Below, in pieces: positions 48,591 through 57,879 of a stretch of 64,000 nt of DNA. The position numbers and the translations under genes are program-made. The DNA is from a virus: the IMG/VR virus record IMGVR_UViG_3300046779_001735, positions 32,001 to 96,000 of that record; one strand, 5' to 3'. The notes under the pieces are model-generated. The model made no database searches and was not told the DNA's origin. It saw nothing but the letters and a program-made list of their open reading frames with translations. Position 1 is the first letter of the stretch. Every line of letters starts with the position of its first letter.

Positions 48591-48619
48591 AATAGGCACT
48601 GAATGGTGCCTATTTTTTT
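48591..48619 (+). terminator. Intrinsic terminator
   Basis: AATAGGCAC-TGAATG-GTGCCTATT followed by a T run. Confidence 0.8.
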
Positions 48620-48646
48620 GACTTGTGTAAATAAGCGTCATACAAT
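48618..48646 (+). promoter_or_regulatory. sigma70-type promoter for uvsW (leaderless), with an embedded TAAATA
   Basis: TTGACT-17-TACAAT; ATG 7 nt after the -10 box; TAAATA at 48628-48633. Confidence 0.7.
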
Positions 48647-48652
48647 AGCACA

Positions 48653-50119
48653 ATGCCACAAGCCAAACTAATCATACGCGACGAAGTTAATGTCAAGATT
48701 GAAGGACTAGAACTTGATGCAAAACGCACTCTAGTCAACAAATTCAAATACGATGTGCCCTATGCTAGATATTTGCCAGCTGTAAGGCTAGGACGCTGGG
48801 ACGGCAAGATTGCTTATTTTCAACTAGGCGGCAGTACCTATGTGAATCTACTGCCTGACATCATTCCTGTTCTTGATGAAATGGGTTATGATTTTGAACT
48901 TGATGATCAACGAGAGTATCGTAGAGATTTTGAGTTCGAACGAGTCAATGAAAACACATTTGCGGAATTGACATGGCCTCGCGGACACCCGCAAGCCGGA
49001 CAACCAATACTGCTGCGCGACTATCAAGTTAGTATTATCAATGATTTTTTAACCAATCCGCAGTGTTTGCAAGAAGTAGCCACTGGTGCAGGTAAAACTA
49101 TCATGACCGCGGCTCTGAGTTATTCTGTGTCACCGTATGGGCGCAGCATTATTATTGTGCCCAACAAAAGCCTGGTTACACAAACTGAAAAAGACTATGT
49201 AAATCTTGGACTAGACGTTGGTGTGTACTTTGGAGACCGTAAAGAATTTGGACGTCAACACACTATCTGTACATGGCAAAGTCTCAATGTGCTGTTTAAA
49301 AATACCAAGAACTCTGTAGGCGATGTTACTATACAAGAATTTATTGAAGATGTTGTGTGCGTTATTGTGGACGAAGTACACATGGCCAAAGCAGACGCAC
49401 TGAAAACTCTGCTCACAGGTGTTATGAGTCGCATACCCATACGCTGGGGACTCACAGGCACCATTCCCAAGGAACAGTTTGAAAGTCAAGCACTAAAAGT
49501 CAGTATTGGTCCTATTGTGAGTCACTTGGCTGCTGCTGAACTACAAGAACGTGGTGTGCTGGCACAGTGTCATGTTAACATTGTGCAATTAGTTGATCAT
49601 GTTGAGTACAACAATTATCAAAGCGAATTAAAATATTTGCTAGAAGAATCAGGAAGATTGAATGCTATTGCCAACTTGGTTGCACAGATCAAACAAACTG
49701 GCAACACTCTTATTCTTGTTGATCGCATCGCAGCAGGGCAGGAACTGGTAAATAGATTGCCCAATGCAGTTTTTATTTCAGGGTCCACCAAAGCCGGGGA
49801 CAGACAGGAACATTATGACGAAGTGGCAGAGGCAACAGACAAAATCATCGTCGCTACCTACGGCGTTGCTGCTGTTGGTATCAATATTCCCCGCATTTTT
49901 AATCTTGTTTTACTTGAGCCTGGTAAATCTTTTGTACGAGTTATACAAAGCATTGGGCGGGGAATACGTCGAGCAGAGGACAAAGACTTTGTACAGATCT
50001 GGGACATCACGTCCACCTGCAAGTTCGCCAAACGACATCTAACCAAGCGCAAGGCCTACTATAAGGATGCTCGCTATCCTTTCACACACGAAAAACACGA
50101 ATGGATGACAATAAAATGA
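48653..50119 (+). CDS. uvsW: SF2 DNA helicase (UvsW-like)
   Basis: LRDYQ, ATGAGKT, VDEVH, GLTGT, QSIGRGIR. Confidence 0.9.
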   Translation: MPQAKLIIRDEVNVKIEGLELDAKRTLVNKFKYDVPYARYLPAVRLGRWDGKIAYFQLGGSTYVNLLPDIIPVLDEMGYDFELDDQREYRRDFEFERVNENTFAELTWPRGHPQAGQPILLRDYQVSIINDFLTNPQCLQEVATGAGKTIMTAALSYSVSPYGRSIIIVPNKSLVTQTEKDYVNLGLDVGVYFGDRKEFGRQHTICTWQSLNVLFKNTKNSVGDVTIQEFIEDVVCVIVDEVHMAKADALKTLLTGVMSRIPIRWGLTGTIPKEQFESQALKVSIGPIVSHLAAAELQERGVLAQCHVNIVQLVDHVEYNNYQSELKYLLEESGRLNAIANLVAQIKQTGNTLILVDRIAAGQELVNRLPNAVFISGSTKAGDRQEHYDEVAEATDKIIVATYGVAAVGINIPRIFNLVLLEPGKSFVRVIQSIGRGIRRAEDKDFVQIWDITSTCKFAKRHLTKRKAYYKDARYPFTHEKHEWMTIK

Positions 50120-50955
50120 CAATTCAAGTTAAAGACTTCGCCATCGGTTCAGGGCAACCTTTGTGTGTAATTGCTGGACCCTGTCAAATTCAAAGCCTGG
50201 ATCATGCACTAATGATGGCCACAGCTTTGAAAAAACTCTGTGGAGAACTTGGAGTAAACTTTATATACAAGAGCAGTTTTGACAAAGCCAATCGCACAAG
50301 TATTACAACTCAGCGCGGAGTTGGTATAACTGAAGGATGTGAAATACTGTATGAAGTACAATCACAACTCAAGGTTCCTGTACTAACAGATATACATCTT
50401 CCTAGTCATGCTGACCGTTGTCAGTTCTGGGGTATTGACATGATACAGATACCTGCATTTCTATCCAGGCAAACCGACTTGCTGATAGCCGCAGGTGAAT
50501 CGGGTGCTGCGGTTAATATCAAAAAAGGCCAGTTTATGGCACCAAATGATATTAGCCGGGCAGCAGAAAAAGTTGCCAGCACTGGTAACAAAAGAATATT
50601 ACTTTGCGAACGAGGAGTTACACATGGATACAATAATCTTGTGGTTGACATGCGCAGTCTACCTATCATGGCACGCACTGGCTATCCCGTGGTATTTGAC
50701 TGCACACATAGTGTTCAACAACCAGGAGGACTGGGAACGAGTTCTGGCGGGGATCGCGGGATGGTACCCTACCTCGCCCGAGCAGCAGTGGCCACGGGAT
50801 CAGTAAATGCAGTGTTTATTGAAACACATGAAGATCCAGATTCAGCCCCTAGTGATGGACCAAACATGATTCCATTGAACAAGATGTATGAGTTAATTGC
50901 ACAACTCAAACAATTACACAGGTTGGTTGCAGAGTATGACAAAGGTATAGTATAA
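50116..50955 (+). CDS. kdsA: Kdo-8-phosphate synthase
   Basis: IAGPC, KSSFDKANRTS, QIPAFLSRQTDL, KKGQF, CERG, DCTHSVQ.PG, ETH, SDG; ATGA-coupled to uvsW. Confidence 0.95.
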   Translation: MTIQVKDFAIGSGQPLCVIAGPCQIQSLDHALMMATALKKLCGELGVNFIYKSSFDKANRTSITTQRGVGITEGCEILYEVQSQLKVPVLTDIHLPSHADRCQFWGIDMIQIPAFLSRQTDLLIAAGESGAAVNIKKGQFMAPNDISRAAEKVASTGNKRILLCERGVTHGYNNLVVDMRSLPIMARTGYPVVFDCTHSVQQPGGLGTSSGGDRGMVPYLARAAVATGSVNAVFIETHEDPDSAPSDGPNMIPLNKMYELIAQLKQLHRLVAEYDKGIV

Positions 50956-50962
50956 TAGAGTT

Positions 50963-51463
50963 ATGAAAATACTAACCCTTGACAACCAGTCATACGACTT
51001 AAACACGCTGCCTGAGCAGGTAGATGATCTTAGATTTGCTATACTAGACAATAGTAATCCAAGCGATCCAGACTATCATTATATTCCTTTGATATTTTTG
51101 GAAAGCTTTAATTCACCATCGCTTGTGCTGCGTATAGGTGAACACAAGATCAAGATGCCTGTTGATTGGCAAGTGCTTATAGGTGAGCCAGACTTTGGTG
51201 ATCTTGAAGTGTTACCGCTTACATCAATCAACGATCGTGGATTTAATGTGTTTGAATTCAATCCACTTACCAGCTTTCGTCCTAGCTTTCCATCAATAGA
51301 AATCATTGATGTGTATCATGATGTAAATTGGTACTCGCCTAAGCTAAAAAATGGTCAATTACTAGCAGTACCACTAAATGATGATCCTGAACCGCCTTGT
51401 ATATATTTTGTTAAAGACATTTCTCGTAATTGTGAAATAGTAGATTATCGTAGAGCATGGTAG
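50963..51463 (+). CDS. Hypothetical protein of the replication cluster
   Basis: 166 aa; TATAAT at 50951-50956, ATG 7 nt later. Confidence 0.65.
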   Translation: MKILTLDNQSYDLNTLPEQVDDLRFAILDNSNPSDPDYHYIPLIFLESFNSPSLVLRIGEHKIKMPVDWQVLIGEPDFGDLEVLPLTSINDRGFNVFEFNPLTSFRPSFPSIEIIDVYHDVNWYSPKLKNGQLLAVPLNDDPEPPCIYFVKDISRNCEIVDYRRAW

Positions 51464-52332
51464 TATATCAACCGTGGCCTAGACTGCGAATTAATTTTGA
51501 TAACGACGGTGCTGTGTTTGTGCTCTACCCCTGGGGCGCCGGCGGCAAGTTTGTTATCAACAGTCTAGCTGTAAGTACTCGAGCTGTGCCACAGGATGCT
51601 AGCTTGGCCGAGCAGCAACTCAATAAAGAATTATCAACAGCACAAAAAAAGCAAATAATTCTTGACAGACTTGCAGCGGAAAAAAATCGCTGGCAAGATC
51701 TGCATTTCAGTGTAGACGCACTCACCGGAGTTAACGAACGCTGTTACATAATTGAACCACCTAGTACTGCACAGTATTGGCCATGGAATCATTTTATGTC
51801 ACAGCTATCGCGAACGGCTATAAAATGGTTTGCTGACATACACGACGCAGGTCACCTATCAGCTTATCTAACTGTATGGCCTAATGCTCGCGTGATTAAC
51901 ATGGTAAACAGCAAAGCATTTTTAGAATGGCGTAGAGTCAACTACAATCGTGATTTGGTACAAAAATTTTGGCAAACAATTCGTGATCCCTCTTGGCCTA
52001 TAGAGGCGCCAGAGACCTGGAATGAATTTATTACATTACCTAAAGATATTCAAAAAGAATTACTGTTTGTCCGACACGGTGATATTTTCCAATTCATCCA
52101 ACATCCTGAAGCACAAGATCAATATGAGCACGCCAGACTTAAACATATAGCTCAGGTGTGTGAGGGGCGCGAGGTGTTTGAATTTGACACACAATGTTTA
52201 TTAGATACTAGTCAGTATCTAGAAACCATTGCTAGATGTTATAGTTGGACTGGCTTATATGATTTTGACAAAACTTTTTTAGAATGTTATCATAAACAAT
52301 GGCTAGAAAAAATACAGCAAGTACCAATATAA
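51457..52332 (+). CDS. Hypothetical protein (P-loop-like GAGGKF, DPSWP motif; possible sulfotransferase-like fold)
   Basis: 291 aa ORF; weak motifs only. Confidence 0.45.
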   Translation: MVVYQPWPRLRINFDNDGAVFVLYPWGAGGKFVINSLAVSTRAVPQDASLAEQQLNKELSTAQKKQIILDRLAAEKNRWQDLHFSVDALTGVNERCYIIEPPSTAQYWPWNHFMSQLSRTAIKWFADIHDAGHLSAYLTVWPNARVINMVNSKAFLEWRRVNYNRDLVQKFWQTIRDPSWPIEAPETWNEFITLPKDIQKELLFVRHGDIFQFIQHPEAQDQYEHARLKHIAQVCEGREVFEFDTQCLLDTSQYLETIARCYSWTGLYDFDKTFLECYHKQWLEKIQQVPI

Positions 52333-52793
52333 AAAGCGACAAGCTTTCCATTCAAAATGAAATGAATAGCTTTGATCTTAAGGATCGATCTTTTTATGAC
52401 AGCTTGACCGATGAAGAACGCAAAAAGTTTTCTCCTTATCTTATGATTCGTTGGGGTAGTGCTGTTGAAAGCGCACCCAATCGTCCGGCGTCGCCTGACA
52501 TGCAAAAATTCTACGTAATTGCTACCAATGAACGATTAAACAAACATTTTTTTGCTGTAAATCGTCATCCTAAACTACAATGGCTCATGGCTACATCTGT
52601 GAGTCCCGGATACGGAGTACTACGTCACAATTGGATAGCCCCCAAGAAAAAAGAAGGTAGCAACAGTGCCCGCAAAAAATTTCTTGCTGAAATTTACCCG
52701 CAATTTAAAATGTCGGACATTGAAACTTTGTCAGCAGTGATGACTGATCAAGAGTATACACAACTTCAACGAGACCACGGAGTAGAAAAGTGA
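52299..52793 (+). CDS. Probable clamp-loader small subunit (T4 gp62-like)
   Basis: KKFSPYLMIRW, HPKLQW, WIAPKKK pattern and size; start uncertain. Confidence 0.55.
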   Translation: MARKNTASTNIKSDKLSIQNEMNSFDLKDRSFYDSLTDEERKKFSPYLMIRWGSAVESAPNRPASPDMQKFYVIATNERLNKHFFAVNRHPKLQWLMATSVSPGYGVLRHNWIAPKKKEGSNSARKKFLAEIYPQFKMSDIETLSAVMTDQEYTQLQRDHGVEK

Positions 52794-53485
52794 ACACAGA
52801 CACAGCAGCGTTTACCTGCTCGTTCTGTGACAAGACATTTCGTAGAGAAAGTAGTCTTGAAGTGCATCTGTGTGAATCCAAGCGACGCTGGCGCGAGCGC
52901 GATGAGCGCGGAGTACAACTGGGCCTCATGGCTTATCTAAAATTCTATGAATACCATCAAGGTAGTTCCAAGCTCAAAGGATTTGAAGATTTTGCAGCCA
53001 GCAATTACTATCGTGCGTTTGTCAAGTTTGGACGTTATTGTGTTGATACAAGAGTAATTAATCCTTTGTTGTTCATGGAATGGTTGTTGAAAAACAATCG
53101 ACGAATTGATTATTGGTGTCGTGATAGCTATTATGGAGAGTGGTTGAATGAATATATCCGTATTGAATCAGTGCAGGATGCTTTGGAACGAGCACTCCGA
53201 GAAATGCAAGACTATACTGATAGAAACAGTGGCCTGGCTATTTTTAGCCACTATTTTAGGTACGGTAATACTAATAGGATCTGTCATCATATTACCACTG
53301 GTCGTGTTAGTCCTTGGGTTATCTATAACTGTGGTAGTGGGCGTGACTGGCTTGAAAGTCTTAACCAAGATAGCATTGCCATTGTCCTTCCTGTTATTGA
53401 CCCTGATTTTTGGCATCGTAAGTTTGAAACTTTCCCTGCTGACGTAGAATGGTGTAAACATATTCTCAATGAGGCTGGACTTTGA
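52790..53485 (+). CDS. Zn-finger-containing hypothetical protein
   Basis: FTCSFCDKTF......HLC C2HC/C2H2-like finger at the N-terminus. Confidence 0.65.
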   Translation: MNTDTAAFTCSFCDKTFRRESSLEVHLCESKRRWRERDERGVQLGLMAYLKFYEYHQGSSKLKGFEDFAASNYYRAFVKFGRYCVDTRVINPLLFMEWLLKNNRRIDYWCRDSYYGEWLNEYIRIESVQDALERALREMQDYTDRNSGLAIFSHYFRYGNTNRICHHITTGRVSPWVIYNCGSGRDWLESLNQDSIAIVLPVIDPDFWHRKFETFPADVEWCKHILNEAGL

Positions 53486-53697
53486 CTTTGGTGCGTTTGA
53501 GTTTAGCAGGTTACTCAAACACTGCTCTAGGATGGCGTGCTCAGAAAGGAATAGAACTCAGTCACTGGTGTAGATCCCAAGGACTTGATCTTGGTTCGGA
53601 CTATGAATGGTCGTTTCAGCACAGCATGAATGAATTGCATTTTAAGTTTAAAGATCCTGTGATGGCAACTTTTTTCAATTTGAAGTGGGGGCAATAG
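53482..53697 (+). CDS. Small hypothetical protein
   Basis: 71 aa, TTG start overlapping the upstream stop; F.F.D...ATFF.LKW ending. Confidence 0.5.
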   Translation: MTLVRLSLAGYSNTALGWRAQKGIELSHWCRSQGLDLGSDYEWSFQHSMNELHFKFKDPVMATFFNLKWGQ

Positions 53698-53700
53698 TTC

Positions 53701-54855
53701 ATGAAGGTCCGTATTCAAGCAACAGATCAATACTTTTTTGGCCAGGATGTATTTGATTATTTCGTGGCTGAATATCAATGGCGTAGTGACTACAATGCCA
53801 CGCCGGATATTGTGTATGGTGAGCCAGAAGCAGATGCGGTAAACATCGCTTTTGTAAGTATGCCCGAACATGTAGATTCTGCGTTGACGTCAGCAGATAT
53901 TATTCTATTGGACAACATAGATGAACCCTTTGGGCGTGGCACGCAGGCACTATATGATATTTTTGAAACGTATCCCAATAGCTATCTAAGCTGTAATAGC
54001 TATCTAGCTTCTGACCATGTTTACTTTGATCAGGTCAACTCACGCATCATAAACACCATGATTGCCTGGACCTATCATAGACGTTTTTACACTGAGCCTG
54101 CGTTCCCTAGTAGTCTAGAATTTAGATCTCAACCCACTGATCCCGCCAGTATGGTGTGGATCAATGGAAAAAATCGCAGTTGGAGAGAGTATCTAAGTCA
54201 GTTAATTGCACAGCAGATACCCATGCTTTCACAACACAATGTAATTCATAATCAAACAGTAACGCCTACTGCTTATTGTTGGTACGAAGATATTCATGAT
54301 ACAAAATTTAGACAATGGTGTAATCAAACCTATGCCAATGATCTTGTTAATCTTGTACCACCTGACACTCGTTGGCCCGCATTACCCAGCGGTGTGAACG
54401 GAAGACATGGCCAAATTGAATGGCAGGATAGATTTGTTGATGCCATCCGTCATAATGCAGTGATTGTGTTCCCCGAAACCACATGGCAAAACAACGTGTT
54501 GGCCATGAATGAAAAGTGTTTGAAATGTTTCTTACACCTGCGTTGGGCAATGCCATTTGGTGGAGCCAATATACATCAGATGCTGGAACAACTTGGATTT
54601 ACCACAGCTCGAAGCCTGTTGCCTAGAGAATTGCAAGCATTTGATCAAGAGCTTGATCACTTAAAAAGATGGCAAGCGCAGTGTGAGGCCATTAAATGGT
54701 TGCAGCAAAATTCCCAGATATTTCACACAACAATGGCAAGACAAATGTTGCAGGAAAATCAGTCTCGCTGTATCATGCTATCAAGCTCAGCTGGAGCTCA
54801 ACTGTATTCTATAATTGAACAATGCCACAATGAAAAAACCCGACATCGACATTGA
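53701..54855 (+). CDS. Hypothetical protein, possibly glycosyltransferase-like
   Basis: 384 aa; IVFPET....NEKCLKCF....PFG....LGF C-terminal pattern. Confidence 0.4.
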   Translation: MKVRIQATDQYFFGQDVFDYFVAEYQWRSDYNATPDIVYGEPEADAVNIAFVSMPEHVDSALTSADIILLDNIDEPFGRGTQALYDIFETYPNSYLSCNSYLASDHVYFDQVNSRIINTMIAWTYHRRFYTEPAFPSSLEFRSQPTDPASMVWINGKNRSWREYLSQLIAQQIPMLSQHNVIHNQTVTPTAYCWYEDIHDTKFRQWCNQTYANDLVNLVPPDTRWPALPSGVNGRHGQIEWQDRFVDAIRHNAVIVFPETTWQNNVLAMNEKCLKCFLHLRWAMPFGGANIHQMLEQLGFTTARSLLPRELQAFDQELDHLKRWQAQCEAIKWLQQNSQIFHTTMARQMLQENQSRCIMLSSSAGAQLYSIIEQCHNEKTRHRH

Positions 54856-55402
54856 TCTAGCAGATCGCAGTCAGGTCTTGGCCTTGATTCCGCACGTGGC
54901 TGCAACACAGATAGTTGATCAGCGATCACGCAAGCACAACTCTGGAGTGTATGTTACTAGCATACCCTACGATCCTGTACGTGACTGCGCGGCCATTGAA
55001 TACCGTGAAGCGGAACAGCGTGGCTACTTCAAGTTAGATCTGCTTAACATGACTGTGTATCAAGACATTCGTGATCAAGCACACTATGACTCACTATTAC
55101 AAAGTGCTCCGCCTTGGTCAAGACTGCAAGAGCCCAAGTTTGTTGAACGCATTGTGCACATCAATAATCATTATGATTTGTTGTGCAAGATGCCAGAGCC
55201 TGTGGATTCAGTGCCAAGAATGGCTATGTTTTTGGCTATAATTCGACCGGGTAAACGACATCTTGTGGGGCTGCCCTGGAATGAAGTAGCTACTACAGTA
55301 TGGGAAGCCACGGAAGATTCATATAGCTTTAAGAAATCGCATGCAATCAGCTACGCAGTATTGGTTACACTGCACATGAATCTAATCAACACGTCTGACT
55401 AG
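54830..55402 (+). CDS. Miniature DNA polymerase III alpha (DnaE)-like catalytic-core protein
   Basis: PDIDID, KHNSGVYV, GYFKLDLL, AIIRPG, YSFKKSHAISYA within 190 aa. Confidence 0.8.
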   Translation: MKKPDIDIDLADRSQVLALIPHVAATQIVDQRSRKHNSGVYVTSIPYDPVRDCAAIEYREAEQRGYFKLDLLNMTVYQDIRDQAHYDSLLQSAPPWSRLQEPKFVERIVHINNHYDLLCKMPEPVDSVPRMAMFLAIIRPGKRHLVGLPWNEVATTVWEATEDSYSFKKSHAISYAVLVTLHMNLINTSD

Positions 55403-55759
55403 CGTGATACTCTTGCGCTTTGTGCGCTTTTTTGAAATATCATTCAAACTGCATACCGGACCATGAATTATGGTCAAATCCCGGTTCATAAACGTGCGCA
55501 GACAGTAACGAAATTCGTCCCAGTCCCCACGGAGAAAAATGTTTATGGGTATGCTGCGATTGCTTTCCCACCACCACACGTTGGCTAGTTCTATAAATCT
55601 TTGCTTTTGGTCCTGTGATACCAGTACACCAAAGTCATAGATAGTTGTAATAGTATCATCGCGATTTTGTACTATTCCTATGTATTCTAAATCAGCATAG
55701 ATGCACAGCGTGATAAATGGGTATTTTTCAGCCAATTTGTCAAAAAATTCTCTGCCCAT
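55382..55759 (-). CDS. Hypothetical protein
   Basis: 125 aa; WWWESNRSIPINIFL motif, basic tail. Confidence 0.65.
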   Translation of the reverse strand: MGREFFDKLAEKYPFITLCIYADLEYIGIVQNRDDTITTIYDFGVLVSQDQKQRFIELANVWWWESNRSIPINIFLRGDWDEFRYCLRTFMNRDLTIIHGPVCSLNDISKKRTKRKSITLVRRVD

Positions 55760-55780
55760 AAATATTATTTGGAGATCCTT

Positions 55781-56791
55781 ATGTATTCAACCACAGCGTA
55801 CTTATACCAACAAAAAGCTCGTGTACTTTTGGTTGAAACCAATGGCAGCTATTTCACAGCGAGGTATGAACCCGTGTATGCAAAATCACTTACTTTAAAC
55901 CGTGGCGTTGACAACGTTCTACTGTTTGAGTTTATAAATCAAGATCAAAAACCTGTGAATATCACAGGCAGCACCTTTGTGTTTAGAATAATAAATCAAG
56001 ACGGCTTGGTAATGCTTCTAGAGAAGCCCATGCAAATCATAGCTCCTAGCCGTGGCAGAGTCAAGGTAGTAATAGATAGTTCAGATACAGATCGGTTGAT
56101 AGCACAACCTGCTAGCTACAGTATCCTACGCACTCAGGGAAACTACACAGAAGCAGTGTATGTTGATGATGCAGCAGGCGCCCGCGGTGATATCAACATT
56201 GTTGACAGTGTAGGGCCAAAGCCTTTGCCCAGCAAACATCTCACTATTCCTGATATCTATGGGCCTCCCGGAGATAGCCAAGGACAAGCCGAATACTTCA
56301 GTAGCGAAGTTTTGAATCCTTTGTTTACAACCACGTTTCAGTTGTATCTTGACACCTATACTGGCACTATTAAGTTTCAAGGCAAACAGGATGATGAGTT
56401 GGAATGGACTAATGCTAGTTACAGCTACGAATATCAAGCTGAGTCAGGTTGGAAAGTATATGAAGTCACGGGATATTATGATAGGCTACGTGTGGCTTTA
56501 GACAATAGACTGGGGTACAGCGCACAGGCCAATGTCACTGCTGCCAATGGGGTGATTACCAGCGCATCTGTAACCGCACCTGGCTATAACTACATTGCAC
56601 CTCCAAGAATTAGAATATTTGGCAATGGATCAGGAGCAGCAGCAACTAGCACACTGAATGGGGCAGGTGGAGTGGCTAGTATTACTATCACACAGGGCGG
56701 TAGTGGTTACACTCCCTTGGCCATTGGTGGCTCAACATGTGGCACTGTGGTAATTGATGGTGGCGGTGTGCTAGACATTTTATATAGGTAA
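55781..56791 (+). CDS. Virion structural protein (baseplate/tail-associated)
   Basis: TAAATA at 55759-55764, GGAG RBS; C-terminal VTAPGYNY / ITQGGSGYT repeats typical of T4-like baseplate and tail proteins. Confidence 0.55.
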   Translation: MYSTTAYLYQQKARVLLVETNGSYFTARYEPVYAKSLTLNRGVDNVLLFEFINQDQKPVNITGSTFVFRIINQDGLVMLLEKPMQIIAPSRGRVKVVIDSSDTDRLIAQPASYSILRTQGNYTEAVYVDDAAGARGDINIVDSVGPKPLPSKHLTIPDIYGPPGDSQGQAEYFSSEVLNPLFTTTFQLYLDTYTGTIKFQGKQDDELEWTNASYSYEYQAESGWKVYEVTGYYDRLRVALDNRLGYSAQANVTAANGVITSASVTAPGYNYIAPPRIRIFGNGSGAAATSTLNGAGGVASITITQGGSGYTPLAIGGSTCGTVVIDGGGVLDILYR

Positions 56792-56796
56792 ACAGC

Positions 56797-57177
56797 GTGG
56801 CTACTACAACCCTACTACAAAACATACAACAAGGTGTTCCCAGTGGAAACTATGATGGCAGCAGCAGCAGTTTCTATGGTAATGCCGGAAGATGTAACGG
56901 TTTCTATCTAGGTTACTCCGGCGTACAACAGGTTGAAATAAGAATTGAAAACTTCTATGGACGTGTGATCATACAAGGGACTCTGGGTAGCGTACCACTC
57001 ACAGCAGCCTGGGTTGATTTGACTAGTTTTGATTACAACGACAGTTCACTTAACACTCTTACTGCCAGTCAAATCGTACTGGGAGAATATGTGTTTATGC
57101 GAGCTTTGGTTACTGAATTTGAGTCTGGTAAAATAGACTATCTCAATACCACATTTGAGGTACGTGAAGACTATTAA
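56797..57177 (+). CDS. Hypothetical structural protein
   Basis: 126 aa; F.G...IQGTL....W motif similar to the central part of 55781. Confidence 0.5.
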   Translation: MATTTLLQNIQQGVPSGNYDGSSSSFYGNAGRCNGFYLGYSGVQQVEIRIENFYGRVIIQGTLGSVPLTAAWVDLTSFDYNDSSLNTLTASQIVLGEYVFMRALVTEFESGKIDYLNTTFEVREDY

Positions 57178-57877
57178 ACCATTCCGTAGGATCATTGCAT
57201 TTGGTGATTCTTTTGTCTGGGGCGACGAACTAGTTGATCCTAAGCTAGGTCATGATGTTACTGCTGCCACTGCAGAAAATACTGCTTACAGAGAACAACA
57301 CTGCTTTGTTGGCCAATTGGGCACACATTATGGTGTACCAACTGAGAATTTCTCTTGGCCCGGCAGCAGCCTTCAAAGTGCGATTTGGAACTACTGCTGG
57401 TGGCGCGAACGCACCCAGGATCTAGATCAATACCTAGTGATAGTGGGACTCACATCTGCTTATCGTACAAGTTTTTATAACCCTAACCATGTGATCTATG
57501 AAAACGATCCGCCTTGGCACAGATATGTGCACAGCACCTGGGTCAACCATAGTCAAATGATGTATGATCAGCCCTGGCAGGATCTAGTGAAGCTGCACAC
57601 TGTGTTGACCAACAGTGAACAGAGTCAAAAGCTAAATTATCTCCAAAGTGTTTATTTTTGGCAAGGAGTCCAGACATGCCATGCTGGTGTGTTACAGTTT
57701 CCTACCATGCCTGCTGTGACTCAAGTTCAAGCTGATAATTTAATCTGGGCAAACAGCAGTCTACGAGATTGGTTACACACACCGGATCTGACCTGCGCAC
57801 ATGGTCATCCAAATGAAAAAGGTCACCTAGAGATTTCTAATAAGTTGCAACACCTAATCAATCATGCTATACTCTAG
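57164..57877 (+). CDS. SGNH/GDSL hydrolase-like protein
   Basis: AFGDSFVWG and HPNEKGH; ORF 57155. Confidence 0.65.
   Translation: MKTIKPFRRIIAFGDSFVWGDELVDPKLGHDVTAATAENTAYREQHCFVGQLGTHYGVPTENFSWPGSSLQSAIWNYCWWRERTQDLDQYLVIVGLTSAYRTSFYNPNHVIYENDPPWHRYVHSTWVNHSQMMYDQPWQDLVKLHTVLTNSEQSQKLNYLQSVYFWQGVQTCHAGVLQFPTMPAVTQVQADNLIWANSSLRDWLHTPDLTCAHGHPNEKGHLEISNKLQHLINHAIL
57845..57873 (+). promoter_or_regulatory. sigma70-type promoter for primase (leaderless)
   Basis: TTGCAA-17-TATACT with TG extension; GTG 7 nt after the -10 box. Confidence 0.65.
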
Positions 57878-57879
57878 CT

